Shown: one piece after another, positions 1-10,178 of the stretch | Position numbering within the stretch: position 1 is the first letter of the stretch | Layout: every line of letters begins with the position of its first letter | From: an uncultured Planctomycetaceae bacterium | GTDB taxonomy: Bacteria; Planctomycetota; Planctomycetia; Planctomycetales; Planctomycetaceae | DNA length: 64,000 nucleotides | NCBI GenBank assembly: GCA_963976765.1 | Contig: CAXBME010000009.1 | Location: 1-64,000, forward strand | Reading direction: 5' to 3' | The notes under the pieces: generated by a model | Told to the model about the DNA's origin: nothing | The model's input: the letters and a program-made list of their open reading frames with translations, nothing else | Databases searched by the model: none | Position numbers and translations under genes: made by a program

Positions 1-31
1 GAATCTATCAACCCGCCGTCACCGGAACTTT

Positions 32-211
32 CTACACGGCGTGGGACAATATCGTACCAGTTCGCCGGCAAACGTGCAGGATATCAGTCACCAGGTACGA
101 CATGGCGACATCAACGGGCTCGCCGCCCAAACCGCTGGGCAGCCATGTGTAGTGGCGGGAGCGGACCACGTCTTTAATGTGGTTTTCCCAGTCCGATCGT
201 GAAACGGCCAT
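32..211 (-). CDS. Small hypothetical protein (59 aa), possibly truncated
   Basis: ATG at 211 is preceded by GGGAGA. The translation looks protein-like (MAVSRSDWENHIKDVVRSRHYTWLPSGLGGEPV...), but I recognise no family. Confidence 0.45.
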   Translation of the reverse strand: MAVSRSDWENHIKDVVRSRHYTWLPSGLGGEPVDVAMSYLVTDILHVCRRTGTILSHAV

Positions 212-310
212 TGAACAGTTCTCCCTGCAAATCAAACTTCGGTTTCTGACGGTTCTATGTTCAGCCAGAATTAAAGTCGCCATGTGGATGCCTGGTAACG
301 CTTGTGCCTG

Positions 311-778
311 CTACGCGATCAACATTTCGTCGTGTAGTCCGCGGCAGGACGCAGCACATTTACGGCATTGCTCAGCACAATCAGCCAGGAGTTTGTCCTT
401 TGGAAATTTGGCACACTCGCCAGCCGCTCGATCGCAGAATCGGGCACAAGCCTCGGTCAACACTTTCGCCAGCCGACTTTCGCGTGAGCACAACGCGGCA
501 CAGACACGATTGACCTCGGCGCAGTCAATACATGTTCGCATGATCATCGCGTAGCCCTTCTGCCCGGTTTGAATCAGGATCGTGCAATGGTTGAAAGCGG
601 AATTGCACAACTTAGCGCATTCCGAGCAGGCGTCGGCACATTCCGAAAAAGATACGAACGTCACTTTGTCCTTCACATCCTCACTCTTCGATTCAGCGGA
701 AATCGCTGAGTCGAGATTGAAAGCAAGCAGTCCGGTCGAAGCCAGGCCAATGGATCCAATCAGGTCACGGCGATTCAT
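311..778 (-). CDS. Tat-exported four-helix-bundle copper storage protein (Csp/DUF326-like)
   Basis: Twin-arginine leader MNRRDLIG followed by a hydrophobic stretch; 16 Cys, largely in CxxxC/CxxC helical spacing. Confidence 0.85.
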   Translation of the reverse strand: MNRRDLIGSIGLASTGLLAFNLDSAISAESKSEDVKDKVTFVSFSECADACSECAKLCNSAFNHCTILIQTGQKGYAMIMRTCIDCAEVNRVCAALCSRESRLAKVLTEACARFCDRAAGECAKFPKDKLLADCAEQCRKCAASCRGLHDEMLIA

Positions 779-1281
779 TTTATGTCTTCCGGATAGAGTG
801 AATTCTGCCCCAACGGGTTCGAGGCGTCAGGTTGTTGTAACATTCAATCGGTCTGGCGCTGGTCGTGCCTGCGTGCCGGGGCAGCCAATCACGAATTCGT
901 GTGAACAGTGGCTTTGCTCTGGCGCGAGGGCGTCCGAACGCAAACTAGCCGGAAGTCGCGGTCTGCCGGCCTGTGCGACAAATGCTGACTGGCGGTCAAA
1001 TTATTCGCAGAACCAGCCCTGGGCACAGAACGCCGGTGTTCTCTTCAAAATCGCTCTGAATGTTTCGCGACAAAACAGTTGATGAGACCTGGGCCAGCGT
1101 TTTCTGCTCAGGCGAAACTCAACCATCCAGACGCGAATCATTCGAGCCGGCATTGCACCAGCATTTCAGCCTTCAGCGACTTTCACCAGCACTGTATTCA
1201 ATGCTTCGATGCTGAACCATAGCGGATTAAAACAACGGCAAGCGATTGGGCTGACGGTGGATAATGGCCCGCTGTCCGGAA

Positions 1282-2601
1282 TCACATCCACTCTTTAATG
1301 GGGCGGCCTTCGAGCAGTTTGACCGGGCGACCGTCCGGAGATTGAGCGATCAGATCGAGTGGCAGGCCGAGTTTGGAATACACCGTCGCAGCGATGTCTG
1401 CGCTGTGGTATTCGTCTTTGGCAACAGTGCCGCCTTCGCCATCGGTTTCGCCAAGGATGTGCCCGCCGGGAACACCGGCGCCGGCCATCAGGGCGAAGCC
1501 GGAACTCGCCCAGTGATCACGGCCACTCGCTGAGTTGATTTTCGGAGTCCGCCCAAAATCGGTCAGCCAGCAGACGAGCGTCGTATCGAGCATGCCTTTG
1601 TCTTCGAGGTCAGCAAGCAATTGCGGCAATGCCTGGTCGACTGGTGGCAGTCGACTGTCTTTCAGCGATTTGAAATTGTTGGCGTGAGTGTCCCAGCCTC
1701 CGTCGGTAACAGTCACGAATCGAACGCCTGATTCGATCAGACGACGAGCCAGCAGACAGCTCTGTCCGAACTGATGACGGCCATACCGATCTCGAAGTTT
1801 TGGATCCTCTTCATCAATCGCGAAAGCCTTCTTCGTCGACGGCGACGTAATCATGTTAAACGCGGCCTGGAAGTTTTCTTCAAGCGCTTCAAATTTGGCC
1901 GGCTGGAGATCCGCTTTCTTCTGCAGGTCATCGAGTTTCGCCAGCATCTGCCGCCGCCGATCGACGCGAGCCATCGTGGTGCCCTTAGGCGGACTGATGT
2001 CGCGGACGCTGAACTTTTCGTCGTTGGGATTCTCAAGCATTTCGAACGGGCTGTGTTCGAGACCTAGAATTCCGGACGAGCCACCACCGAATCTTCGGTC
2101 CACCTGACTGCCAAGCTGCACGAACGGCGGCAGCGCGGACTTGAAGCCTTTGACATAGCTGACGACTGATCCGTACGTCGGATAAGCCAGTGCCGGGTTG
2201 AACCTGCGTCCGGACATCACAAACTGATCAGCGTGACCGTGACTTCCGTTCTGTGGGTTCCAACCTCGGAGTACGGCGAACCGATTCAATTCCCTGGCCA
2301 GTGTCGGAACGATCTCCGTGAATTGAACTCCCGGAACGGCGGTATCAATGACGCCAAACTCGCCACGAATGCTGACCGGAGCTTCCGGTTTTGGATCGAC
2401 GGTATCGTGATGACTGGTCCCTCCGCGAGTCCAGATCAGGATGCAGTTCACGTCGCTGGATGTTGCGGAGGCGGATGCCTGCTTATTAGCCAGCAGCGTC
2501 GGCAGACTCAAACCAAGTCCGCCAAGTGTTCCTACCTGAAGGAAACTTCGCCGAGACACGCCTTCGCATGTCCGGTCAATTCCAGAAAGCAGATCAAGCA
2601 T
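1282..2601 (-). CDS. DUF1501 domain-containing protein
   Basis: SRRSFLQVG twin-Arg-like N-terminus and the motifs GGTSHHDTVDPKP, GQSCLLARRLIESGVRFV, WDTH and DFGRTPKIN..GRDHW. Start moved to ATG 2601, behind GGAG. Confidence 0.9.
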   Translation of the reverse strand: MLDLLSGIDRTCEGVSRRSFLQVGTLGGLGLSLPTLLANKQASASATSSDVNCILIWTRGGTSHHDTVDPKPEAPVSIRGEFGVIDTAVPGVQFTEIVPTLARELNRFAVLRGWNPQNGSHGHADQFVMSGRRFNPALAYPTYGSVVSYVKGFKSALPPFVQLGSQVDRRFGGGSSGILGLEHSPFEMLENPNDEKFSVRDISPPKGTTMARVDRRRQMLAKLDDLQKKADLQPAKFEALEENFQAAFNMITSPSTKKAFAIDEEDPKLRDRYGRHQFGQSCLLARRLIESGVRFVTVTDGGWDTHANNFKSLKDSRLPPVDQALPQLLADLEDKGMLDTTLVCWLTDFGRTPKINSASGRDHWASSGFALMAGAGVPGGHILGETDGEGGTVAKDEYHSADIAATVYSKLGLPLDLIAQSPDGRPVKLLEGRPIKEWM

Positions 2602-2907
2602 TTTTAGGACTCCAGGGCGGGAATGCGGAGCGTTCAGGAAGGCGGAAAGTGGCAGGTGGGGCAAACGACGAACCTCGACGCGTCACGCTCGGAAGGTTCG
2701 ACAATGGAGACCGCGATTGTACGACTCGACAGAAAACAGATCAAAGCGTGTTTACTTGATCGGCTGAATGAACGAGCAAATTCAGCTCCTTGACGGTCTT
2801 GTCGCGGCGTTCGTAAACTCGCGCCGGATCGCCGGATTCGGCGTAACAGGAACCGACAGGTGTACGAAATCTGCCGGCCAGACAGAGCTTCTGAAGGAGA
2901 GCCCTCA

Positions 2908-3108
2908 GTGCAGATTATGGTGAACGATGAAGCCCGCGAGGTCGCTGCCGGCACGACGATCGCCGATTTGCTGGAGGAACTCGGAATGCGACCAAAGTTT
3001 GTCGCGGTCGAACGAAACCTCGAACTTGTTCCACGGGCGCGACATGCTGAATGTGAACTGGCCGAGAACGACCGTCTGGAAGTTGTCACTTTGGTTGGCG
3101 GTGGATAA
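2908..3108 (+). CDS. thiS: Sulfur carrier protein ThiS
   Basis: 66 aa ending VTLVGGG, with a VAVERN motif. GTG start after AAGGAGA; directly upstream of thiG. Confidence 0.9.
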   Translation: MQIMVNDEAREVAAGTTIADLLEELGMRPKFVAVERNLELVPRARHAECELAENDRLEVVTLVGGG

Positions 3109-3198
3109 TCGAGCCCTTGAGAACTGCTTCAATCAGTGATTGCTCGCACTGGTAATCACCCCTCAAATAATTATTAAACTGAGAAAGCGCGTGTCTGG

Positions 3199-4020
3199 AT
3201 GTCGGACAAACCACTCGTTCTGGGAACTCACACTCTGCAGTCTCGGCTGATCGTCGGCACGGGCAAGTATTCAACGTTCGATACGATGCAGCAATGTCTC
3301 GAAATCAGCGGTTCGGAAGTGATTACAGTCGCTGTTCGTCGCGAACGACTGATCGACGCTGAAGGCAGAAACATTCTCGACTTCATTGATTTGAGCCGGT
3401 ACACAATTCTGCCGAACACGGCTGGCTGTTTTAACGCCGAAGACGCGGTTCGAGTCGCTCGCCTTGGCCGCGAGATCCTGGAAGGTCTTGAAAACCCCGG
3501 CGCCGATTGGGTCAAGCTGGAAGTGCTCGGCGATACGAAAACGCTGCTTCCAGATCCGATTGCGACTTTGCAGGCGACCGAAACGCTCGTCAAGGAAGGC
3601 TTTCAGGTTCTCTGCTACACAACCGATGACCCGATCACTGCAAAACGTTTGAAAGACGCCGGAGCAACTTCCGTCATGCCAGCCGGCAGCCCGATCGGCA
3701 GCGGGCAGGGAGTACTCAACCCGAACAACATCCGCATTTGTCTGGAGTATCTGAAAGGGGATGACCCGGACTATCCGATGATCATCGACGCGGGTGTTGG
3801 GTCGGCCAGCGACGTCGCCTTTGCGATGGAACTTGGCTGCGACGGCATGCTGCTGAACACAGCCATCGCCAGCGCCACCAGGCCGCAAGTCATGGCCGAA
3901 GCGATGAAGCACGCGTGCCTCGCCGGTCGTCAGTCGTTTCTCGCGGGACGGATTCCGAAGAAGCTTTACGCAACAGCGTCCAGTCCAGAAACCGGCATCA
4001 TCAGCCCGTCAGTCCGTTGA
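3199..4020 (+). CDS. thiG: Thiazole synthase ThiG
   Basis: [23 protein letters not shown] (catalytic Lys), SPIGSGQG and DAGVG motifs. Confidence 0.97.
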   Translation: MSDKPLVLGTHTLQSRLIVGTGKYSTFDTMQQCLEISGSEVITVAVRRERLIDAEGRNILDFIDLSRYTILPNTAGCFNAEDAVRVARLGREILEGLENPGADWVKLEVLGDTKTLLPDPIATLQATETLVKEGFQVLCYTTDDPITAKRLKDAGATSVMPAGSPIGSGQGVLNPNNIRICLEYLKGDDPDYPMIIDAGVGSASDVAFAMELGCDGMLLNTAIASATRPQVMAEAMKHACLAGRQSFLAGRIPKKLYATASSPETGIISPSVR

Positions 4021-4242
4021 TCAGAACAACGCCTTTTGCCGCTTAGGCGGGGCGGTTTCCAACGGGCAGATCTTCAGCGTGTAAGAATCCGTCGAAACCT
4101 TCTCGCCACGCGTCAGCTTCTGAGCAACGCTCGCCCCAATCGGGTAATGTCGACCGAGTACGCCGATCGCTTCTCCGGGCGATGCCGCAAGAAACCGGCC
4201 GCGGTTGTTGTCAGGCGTTTCTACAAGAACCACGACCGGCAT
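4021..4242 (-). CDS. Small hypothetical protein (73 aa) downstream of htpG
   Basis: GGAG lies ~9 nt upstream of the ATG. The gene fills the gap between htpG and thiG, and its stop abuts the thiG stop. Confidence 0.55.
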   Translation of the reverse strand: MPVVVLVETPDNNRGRFLAASPGEAIGVLGRHYPIGASVAQKLTRGEKVSTDSYTLKICPLETAPPKRQKALF

Positions 4243-4289
4243 TGAGTTTTCTCCGGGTTTTTAAGCGATGAACTCAAACAACGCACAAC

Positions 4290-6197
4290 CTACGCACCGG
4301 CAATCGGCGAACGCTGCTGAGCCAGCTCCTGCATGAAGCCCATCATTCGCTGAGATGTTTCATACGGATCAGGAACGACCCCTTCAGCCAGCATCGCATT
4401 GGCGAAGAACTGTTGCCCACAGGTCTTGATGAACTCTGTGTGTGCATCGTTAGCTGACAGACTCGCCAGATGCTCGACCAGCGGGTGTTTCGGATTGATT
4501 TCCAGAATTCGCTTTGAAAGTTGAAAATCATCGCTGGCCCGGCTCATCACCTTCTGCAATTGAGCACTCATAGCCCCTTCCGGGTTGACCAGGCAACAGG
4601 CACTATTGGTCAGCCGTTTCGATTCCCGTACGTCTTCGACCGAGTCGCCAAGTGCTTCGCGGAACAGATTCAAAACAGTCCCGAAGCCAGCTGGCGGCCC
4701 CGACTTCTTTTCGTCTGATGCTTCGCCGCCTTCCGCATCGGCGGACGAGTCCAGTTCCGGCAGATCGACTTCTGACGAGTCAATCGAAACGAGTTCTTTG
4801 TCCTCGAACTTGTGAACATGATTCAGGACAAACTCATCGACCGGATCGATCAGATAAAGCACTTCCAGATTTCGAGAACGGAAAGCTTCGAGGTTTGGAT
4901 TCTTTTCAATCGTGGCCAGGCTTTCGCCACTGACGTAGAAGATCTGCTTCTGATCTTCCGGCATCCGTGACACATAATCGTCGAGTGAAATCATCACCTT
5001 TCGATCATCACCGTGCGACGACCGGAACCGCAGAAGTTTCGCGAGCGTGTTGCGATTTTCGAAGTCGCTGGCGACTCCCTCTCGGAGTGTTGTCCCAAAC
5101 TGTTCGTAGAATTTTGCGTAGTCTTCGGGCGAGTCTTTGGCGATCCCCTCAAGGTGGTTGAACACCTTCTTGACCAGCACCTTGCGAATCTTGCGGAACA
5201 CCGTGTCGTCCTGCAAAGCCTGCCGGGACACGTTAAGCGGCAGGTCTGCAGAATCAACGAGTCCGTAGATAAATCGCAGATATTCAGGCAGCAGTTCTCG
5301 ACAGTTGTTTTGAACCAGGATGCGCTTCGCGCACAGACTGAGGCCGTGTTCGTCCTTACCAAAGCCCATTAACTCGAAATTTGTCGCCGGGCAGTAGAGC
5401 AGTGCGTGAAACTGGAACGGCGAATCGCTCGTCAGATGCAGGTGCCACAACGGTTCTTCGTGAGTTCGTTTCGAAAGGTAACCGTAGAAGTTTTTGTACT
5501 GCTCGTCGGTGACCTGAGACTTCGGTTCCACCCAGATTGGTGTCTGATCGTTGACATGTTCGTCGCCAAGGCGGATTGCGTACGGGACGAATGTCGAATA
5601 CTCGGTCAGGATATGCTTCAGTCTTGTGGCCTGAGTGAACTCGGTCAATTTCTCCTTCAAGTGAAGGCGAATCTGTGACCCTCGTTCAAGACCTTCCGCT
5701 GGTTCGATCGTGAACTGCCCACTGCCATCGGATTCCCATCGCCAGCCTGATTCTTCCTGATAGCTACGGGTCAGCACTTCGACACGATCCGCCAGCATGA
5801 ATGCCGAGTAGAAGCCGACCCCGAACTGGCCGATCAGCGAGACGTCGTCTTTGGCGCCCTCGCCGAGCTTCTTCAGATATTCGAGCGACCCGCTGTGAGC
5901 GATCGTGCCGAGATTCTGAATCAACTCGTCATGAGTCATGCCGATCCCGTTGTCGCGTATTGTCAGCACACGATTTTCTTCATCAGGCTCAAGCGAGATC
6001 TCCAGTCTGGCGTCGTCTTCGAATTCTTTCTGAGTCAAAGAGATGTGCCGAAACTTGTCGAGCGCATCGGACGCGTTCGACACAAGTTCCCGAATCGCGA
6101 TTTCTTTGTTCTGATACAACGAATGAGAAAGCAGGTGCAGAAGCTGTGAAATCTCTGCCTGAAATGTGAACTCTTGCGGTGCTGTCCCGGTAGCCAT
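4290..6197 (-). CDS. htpG: Molecular chaperone HtpG (Hsp90)
   Basis: FQAEISQLL, IRELVSNASDA, DNGIGM, LGTIAHSG, IGQFGVGFYSAFM, DLPLNVSR and LEINPKH motifs. Confidence 0.97.
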   Translation of the reverse strand: MATGTAPQEFTFQAEISQLLHLLSHSLYQNKEIAIRELVSNASDALDKFRHISLTQKEFEDDARLEISLEPDEENRVLTIRDNGIGMTHDELIQNLGTIAHSGSLEYLKKLGEGAKDDVSLIGQFGVGFYSAFMLADRVEVLTRSYQEESGWRWESDGSGQFTIEPAEGLERGSQIRLHLKEKLTEFTQATRLKHILTEYSTFVPYAIRLGDEHVNDQTPIWVEPKSQVTDEQYKNFYGYLSKRTHEEPLWHLHLTSDSPFQFHALLYCPATNFELMGFGKDEHGLSLCAKRILVQNNCRELLPEYLRFIYGLVDSADLPLNVSRQALQDDTVFRKIRKVLVKKVFNHLEGIAKDSPEDYAKFYEQFGTTLREGVASDFENRNTLAKLLRFRSSHGDDRKVMISLDDYVSRMPEDQKQIFYVSGESLATIEKNPNLEAFRSRNLEVLYLIDPVDEFVLNHVHKFEDKELVSIDSSEVDLPELDSSADAEGGEASDEKKSGPPAGFGTVLNLFREALGDSVEDVRESKRLTNSACCLVNPEGAMSAQLQKVMSRASDDFQLSKRILEINPKHPLVEHLASLSANDAHTEFIKTCGQQFFANAMLAEGVVPDPYETSQRMMGFMQELAQQRSPIAGA

Positions 6198-6363
6198 CTT
6201 CGCAGTCTCCGTTACTCAAAAGCGATAACAAACTCGCGGCTGAAACTGGACGCATTGACCTTGCGGTAGCGTCAAAGCGAGGTCGACGGATGTTAGTTGC
6301 GGCAGTAATGGGCAATCAACAAACAGAACAGCCTTTTCAGCCTGTCCTCGCGAACCAGTCCAT

Positions 6364-6406
6364 AAAACGAAGTCAGCCCTCGTCAGATCGTACTGACGAA
6401 GGCTGA
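6364..6406 (-). terminator. Probable intrinsic terminator of the 6437-8155 gene
   Basis: 14-bp stem TCAGCCTTCGTCAG / CTGACGAGGGCTGA (one G-U pair) with a 6-nt loop, followed by CTTCGTTTT, 30 bp after the stop. Confidence 0.6.
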
Positions 6407-6436
6407 ATTGACTCCGGCACTGTTGAACCGTTGTGA

Positions 6437-8155
6437 TCAGTTTCTTGGAACGACTGGATTAAAACCAGCAGAACCTCGCTTACCAAATGGCTCAATTCTG
6501 CCAGGGCTGATTCCGTTAAGTGAACTTGCCGAACCGATGAGTGCAGCAAACTTCGCATAACTACCGGCATCCTGGGTCTTTAAATCGTCGGGCGCGAATT
6601 CACCAAACATTGCAGTAACACCCACAGCGGCAACATTGAACAGGGTCAGGTCTTGTGAATGTTCCGCGAATGACTCGATGATCATTTGCCACTTTCGCAA
6701 TTCTGTCCTATCGACGATCGGTGTCCCCGACTCAGGCACCTGCAGGATCTGCGCGCTCGTCGTCTGAAAAAGTTGCAGAGGGTCGAATAGAGTCTGAGTG
6801 AATGTCACTGACTGACCGTTAGCCAGAGTTGTGACAGTCGTAAACGTTTGAGGTACAGGGTTTTCAGCTACAGAGATTTGGTTATCGAAAAAGTCGGCGT
6901 CATGAACAATCACTTCTTCCAGAAAAGCACGACCGATGTACTGAATGGTTGGGTCGTCTGGCATTCCAAAAATTGTCTGACGGTCTCTGAAAAAAGCTCT
7001 CGTTTCGTCACCGGAATTACCTATGGACCTTCCGAAGACGTCGCTCGGCAGATTATTGTCTTCCGTCCACAACAGTGGTGTGCGTGGACTATTTAAGCCT
7101 AAGCCCGTGCCAACTCTCCCTCCACCCGACCGAAGATTGAAGATGTGGTCGTATGAATCTGAATTTGAAAAACCGGCCTGTCGAGTCAGTCGATCGGCAG
7201 TTGCCGTTGAGGTTGCACCGAAGAAACCGAGTTCCCGCTGTACGACTTGGTCCAGCTGCGTGAAGGGTGCAACACCGGGTCCCCAAACCTGATTAATGTC
7301 CATGAAGCTCCGCTGGTAGGTAATCGGGTTTGTCGTCTGAAGTAACTGGGGCAAATTTGCGTCCGTTCCGCTCAGTGCCGCCTTAATCGCCGTAAATGTC
7401 TCAACAACTCGTTGGAAACGAGCTGGATCCGTTCTCTGCTCAAACTTGATAATTCGGTGGACTGGAACATTGCCACGGTTCGTCGTTGTCGACGCAGCTC
7501 CGAAAGTGCTCGTTCCGTTGATCATCTGGTTTGAACCATCAACGTCAAAAAGTACTTCATCCACTTCCACGATAAAGCCAAGTGGATCTCCGAGCACTGC
7601 ATCACCGACGAAAACAAAATCGCCTGGCTTAATCTGGCCGGGCAGGTTCGGCATCGAGTTGTCCTGAAAGTCAAGAACAACGCCGCCTGTCATAATGTTG
7701 AAGGTCACTGTTGCAAGCCCACTGAGAGGAGTGGGATTGACGACGGCGATTTCTCGCAGCTCACCGGGATTTCCGAAGATACTGTTAAACTCGGTATTGT
7801 TTCCGGCAAGGATGTCATCACGATTTGACTGGAGGAACTGAATTGCCAGCTCGACCTGCTGCATGGCAACCAGGTGGTTATTGATAATGCTGCGGGCAGC
7901 GGCTGTCAGTCTCGGGTCATCCAGGTTTGCACGAGTGACCTGTTGAATCAAAGAAATCCGTTCTGGATCCAGCAGTCCATCGAAGAGGAACTGGACATCT
8001 GGCAGGTTCAAGACGTCGGGAGCAAGGAGTGTCGGAATGCCATCGTCCGACGCCGGGGCGGTGACGTCCGCAGGCAGTAGTGCTTGAGCCAGCGCGTTAT
8101 CTGGCAGGGATGAAGCCAGGGCCAGTATGGCGGCGAGTAGGACTGTTCGATGCAT
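6437..8155 (-). CDS. Secreted hypothetical protein (572 aa); possible degenerate M35/aspzincin-like fold
   Basis: Signal peptide MHRTVLLAAILALASSLPDNALA-Q from ATG 8155 (AGGTGG upstream). Long uninterrupted ORF with lower GC than its neighbours. Confidence 0.8.
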   Translation of the reverse strand: MHRTVLLAAILALASSLPDNALAQALLPADVTAPASDDGIPTLLAPDVLNLPDVQFLFDGLLDPERISLIQQVTRANLDDPRLTAAARSIINNHLVAMQQVELAIQFLQSNRDDILAGNNTEFNSIFGNPGELREIAVVNPTPLSGLATVTFNIMTGGVVLDFQDNSMPNLPGQIKPGDFVFVGDAVLGDPLGFIVEVDEVLFDVDGSNQMINGTSTFGAASTTTNRGNVPVHRIIKFEQRTDPARFQRVVETFTAIKAALSGTDANLPQLLQTTNPITYQRSFMDINQVWGPGVAPFTQLDQVVQRELGFFGATSTATADRLTRQAGFSNSDSYDHIFNLRSGGGRVGTGLGLNSPRTPLLWTEDNNLPSDVFGRSIGNSGDETRAFFRDRQTIFGMPDDPTIQYIGRAFLEEVIVHDADFFDNQISVAENPVPQTFTTVTTLANGQSVTFTQTLFDPLQLFQTTSAQILQVPESGTPIVDRTELRKWQMIIESFAEHSQDLTLFNVAAVGVTAMFGEFAPDDLKTQDAGSYAKFAALIGSASSLNGISPGRIEPFGKRGSAGFNPVVPRN

Positions 8156-8454
8156 TGATCCACCTGTTTGTAAGATTGCTACCACTAGAGTGAGAGAGCT
8201 GGTGCCATTCTTTCTGACCTCAGGCCGCGCATCCTGTGCAGCGGTTGAGACTCTAACCTCGATCAACCAGTTCCGTCAAAGAGTATTTCGGTCTCGACGA
8301 GAACATTTAATCGACGCAAACAGTGGAATAACATGACTTTCCGGCATCGGACGTGGGTCACCGCAGATTGACAGGTAGCTCCGACACCTGGCCCACGTCT
8401 AGCTGGCCTTTGGCTGGACGATTCAGTGAACGGTATCAACGGATATAAGTTTGC

Positions 8455-10044
8455 CTAAGTGCTCGTCGGACCCGCCGCTTTGACTTCGGAGCTGACGCCG
8501 CTTTCGTATTCTTTGAAGTTTTCAACGAATAGTGTCGCCAGTTTCGCGGCGACACGGTCGTACTCTGTCGGGTCGCTCCAGGCGTTTCGCGGGATCAGGA
8601 TATTCGACGGGACATTCGGACATTCAGTGATAACGTTGAAGCCGAAGGTTGCGTCCTTTGCAACGGGTGCGTCACTGAGACTGCCGCTGTAAATCGCGCC
8701 GATCATCGAGCGTGTGTAACTTAGCGAAACACGTTTCCCGACTCCGTAAGCCCCGCCGCTCCAACCGGTGTTGACCAGCCAGACTTTCGCGTTGTGCTGC
8801 CTGATTTTTTCAGAAAGCAGCGCCGCGTAGTGGCCGGGATGCCAGACCAGAAACGGGCCGCCGAAGCACGGGGAGAACGTCGCCTGAGGCTCCGTAACAC
8901 CCATTTCGGTGCCGGCAACTTTGGCGGTGTAGCCGCTGATAAAATGGTACTCGGCCTGCTCCGGAGTCAGGCGACTGAGCGGTGGCAGAACTCCGAAGGC
9001 GTCGCATGTCAGAAAAATGACGTGGGCAGGATGGCCAGCGAGGCACGGAATGCGGGCGTTTTCGATGAAGTCGATCGGGTACGCACCGCGAGTATTTTCT
9101 GTGATCGTCGTATCTTCAAAGTCGACGTGGTGGTGAGCCTTGTCGTAAACAACGTTTTCCAGAACAGCTCCGAAACGCAGCGAGTCAAATATCTGTGGCT
9201 CCGCTTCGCGCGTCAGGTAAACGGCTTTGGCGTAGCAGCCTCCTTCGATGTTGAAGATTCCGTTGTCCGACCAGCAATGCTCGTCGTCGCCGATCAGTTC
9301 GCGTTTTGGATCGGCGGAGAGCGTCGTCTTGCCGGTTCCGGAAAGGCCAAACAGAACAGCTGATTCGTCGGTCTTCGGGTCAGCCGTCGCCGAGCAGTGC
9401 ATCGACAGAACGCCTGCTTTGGGCATCGCGTAATTCATGTACGTGAAGACGGCCTTCTTCATTTCTCCGGCGTATTCTGTGCCGAGAATGATGACTTCAC
9501 GATATTCGAGTGACAGGTCAACGCTCGTCTTCGACGTCATTCCGCTGGTGTGACGGTTGGCAGGAAAGCCGCCCGCGTTGTAAATCACCAGGTCGGGGTC
9601 GCCGAAGGTCTGCAGTTCTTCGTCCGTGGGTCGGATCAGCATGTTGTGCATGAACAACGCGTGGTAAGGCCGGGAGCAGATCACTCGAACTTTGATGCGG
9701 TTTTCCGGATCCCAGCCAGCGTAGCCATCCATCACGTAGAGGTGGCTGCGAGTGTTGAGGTAGTCGATCGCCCGTTCACGATTTGTGAGGAAAGACTGTT
9801 CTTCCAGCGGAAAATTGACCGGGCCCCACCAGACGTCTTTCTCTGAATCGGCATGTCGAACGACTCGTTTGTCTTTGGGTGAGCGTCCGGTCTTTTCACC
9901 GGACAATGCAATCAACGCTCCGGTGTCAGAGATCGCCGTACCAGGTTCGTGCCGAATCGCCTCTTCATAGAGTGTTGATGGAGCGAGGTTGCGACGAATG
10001 TCGCAGACAGTGATCTCGTTGGCTTGAAGACTGAATCCATCCAT
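8455..10044 (-). CDS. pckA: Phosphoenolpyruvate carboxykinase (ATP)
   Basis: KTGRSPKDK, GTEYAGEMKK, FGLSGTGKTTLS (P-loop), LIGDDEH and NIEGGCYAK motifs. Start is uncertain (10044 or 10092). Confidence 0.96.
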   Translation of the reverse strand: MDGFSLQANEITVCDIRRNLAPSTLYEEAIRHEPGTAISDTGALIALSGEKTGRSPKDKRVVRHADSEKDVWWGPVNFPLEEQSFLTNRERAIDYLNTRSHLYVMDGYAGWDPENRIKVRVICSRPYHALFMHNMLIRPTDEELQTFGDPDLVIYNAGGFPANRHTSGMTSKTSVDLSLEYREVIILGTEYAGEMKKAVFTYMNYAMPKAGVLSMHCSATADPKTDESAVLFGLSGTGKTTLSADPKRELIGDDEHCWSDNGIFNIEGGCYAKAVYLTREAEPQIFDSLRFGAVLENVVYDKAHHHVDFEDTTITENTRGAYPIDFIENARIPCLAGHPAHVIFLTCDAFGVLPPLSRLTPEQAEYHFISGYTAKVAGTEMGVTEPQATFSPCFGGPFLVWHPGHYAALLSEKIRQHNAKVWLVNTGWSGGAYGVGKRVSLSYTRSMIGAIYSGSLSDAPVAKDATFGFNVITECPNVPSNILIPRNAWSDPTEYDRVAAKLATLFVENFKEYESGVSSEVKAAGPTST

Positions 10045-10178
10045 GATTGAACGCTCCGACGCAATCCGTTCCTTCTGAAAATCACGATACACAGCATGCG
10101 TCTCGACGCACCTGTTCGACCTGTTCGAACCGTGTCAACTTTCAGCAGTTGCGTCAAGACGCACTCTTCGACCTGCGG

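Noticed and set aside
2665..3198. TPP riboswitch at thiS/thiG
   Set aside because: I could not find the conserved CTGAGA...ACCTGA core arrangement upstream of thiS. The lone CTGAGA before thiG lacks the rest of the structure.
6198..6360. CIRCE heat-shock operator upstream of htpG
   Set aside because: No TTAGCACTC-N9-GAGTGCTAA match seen.
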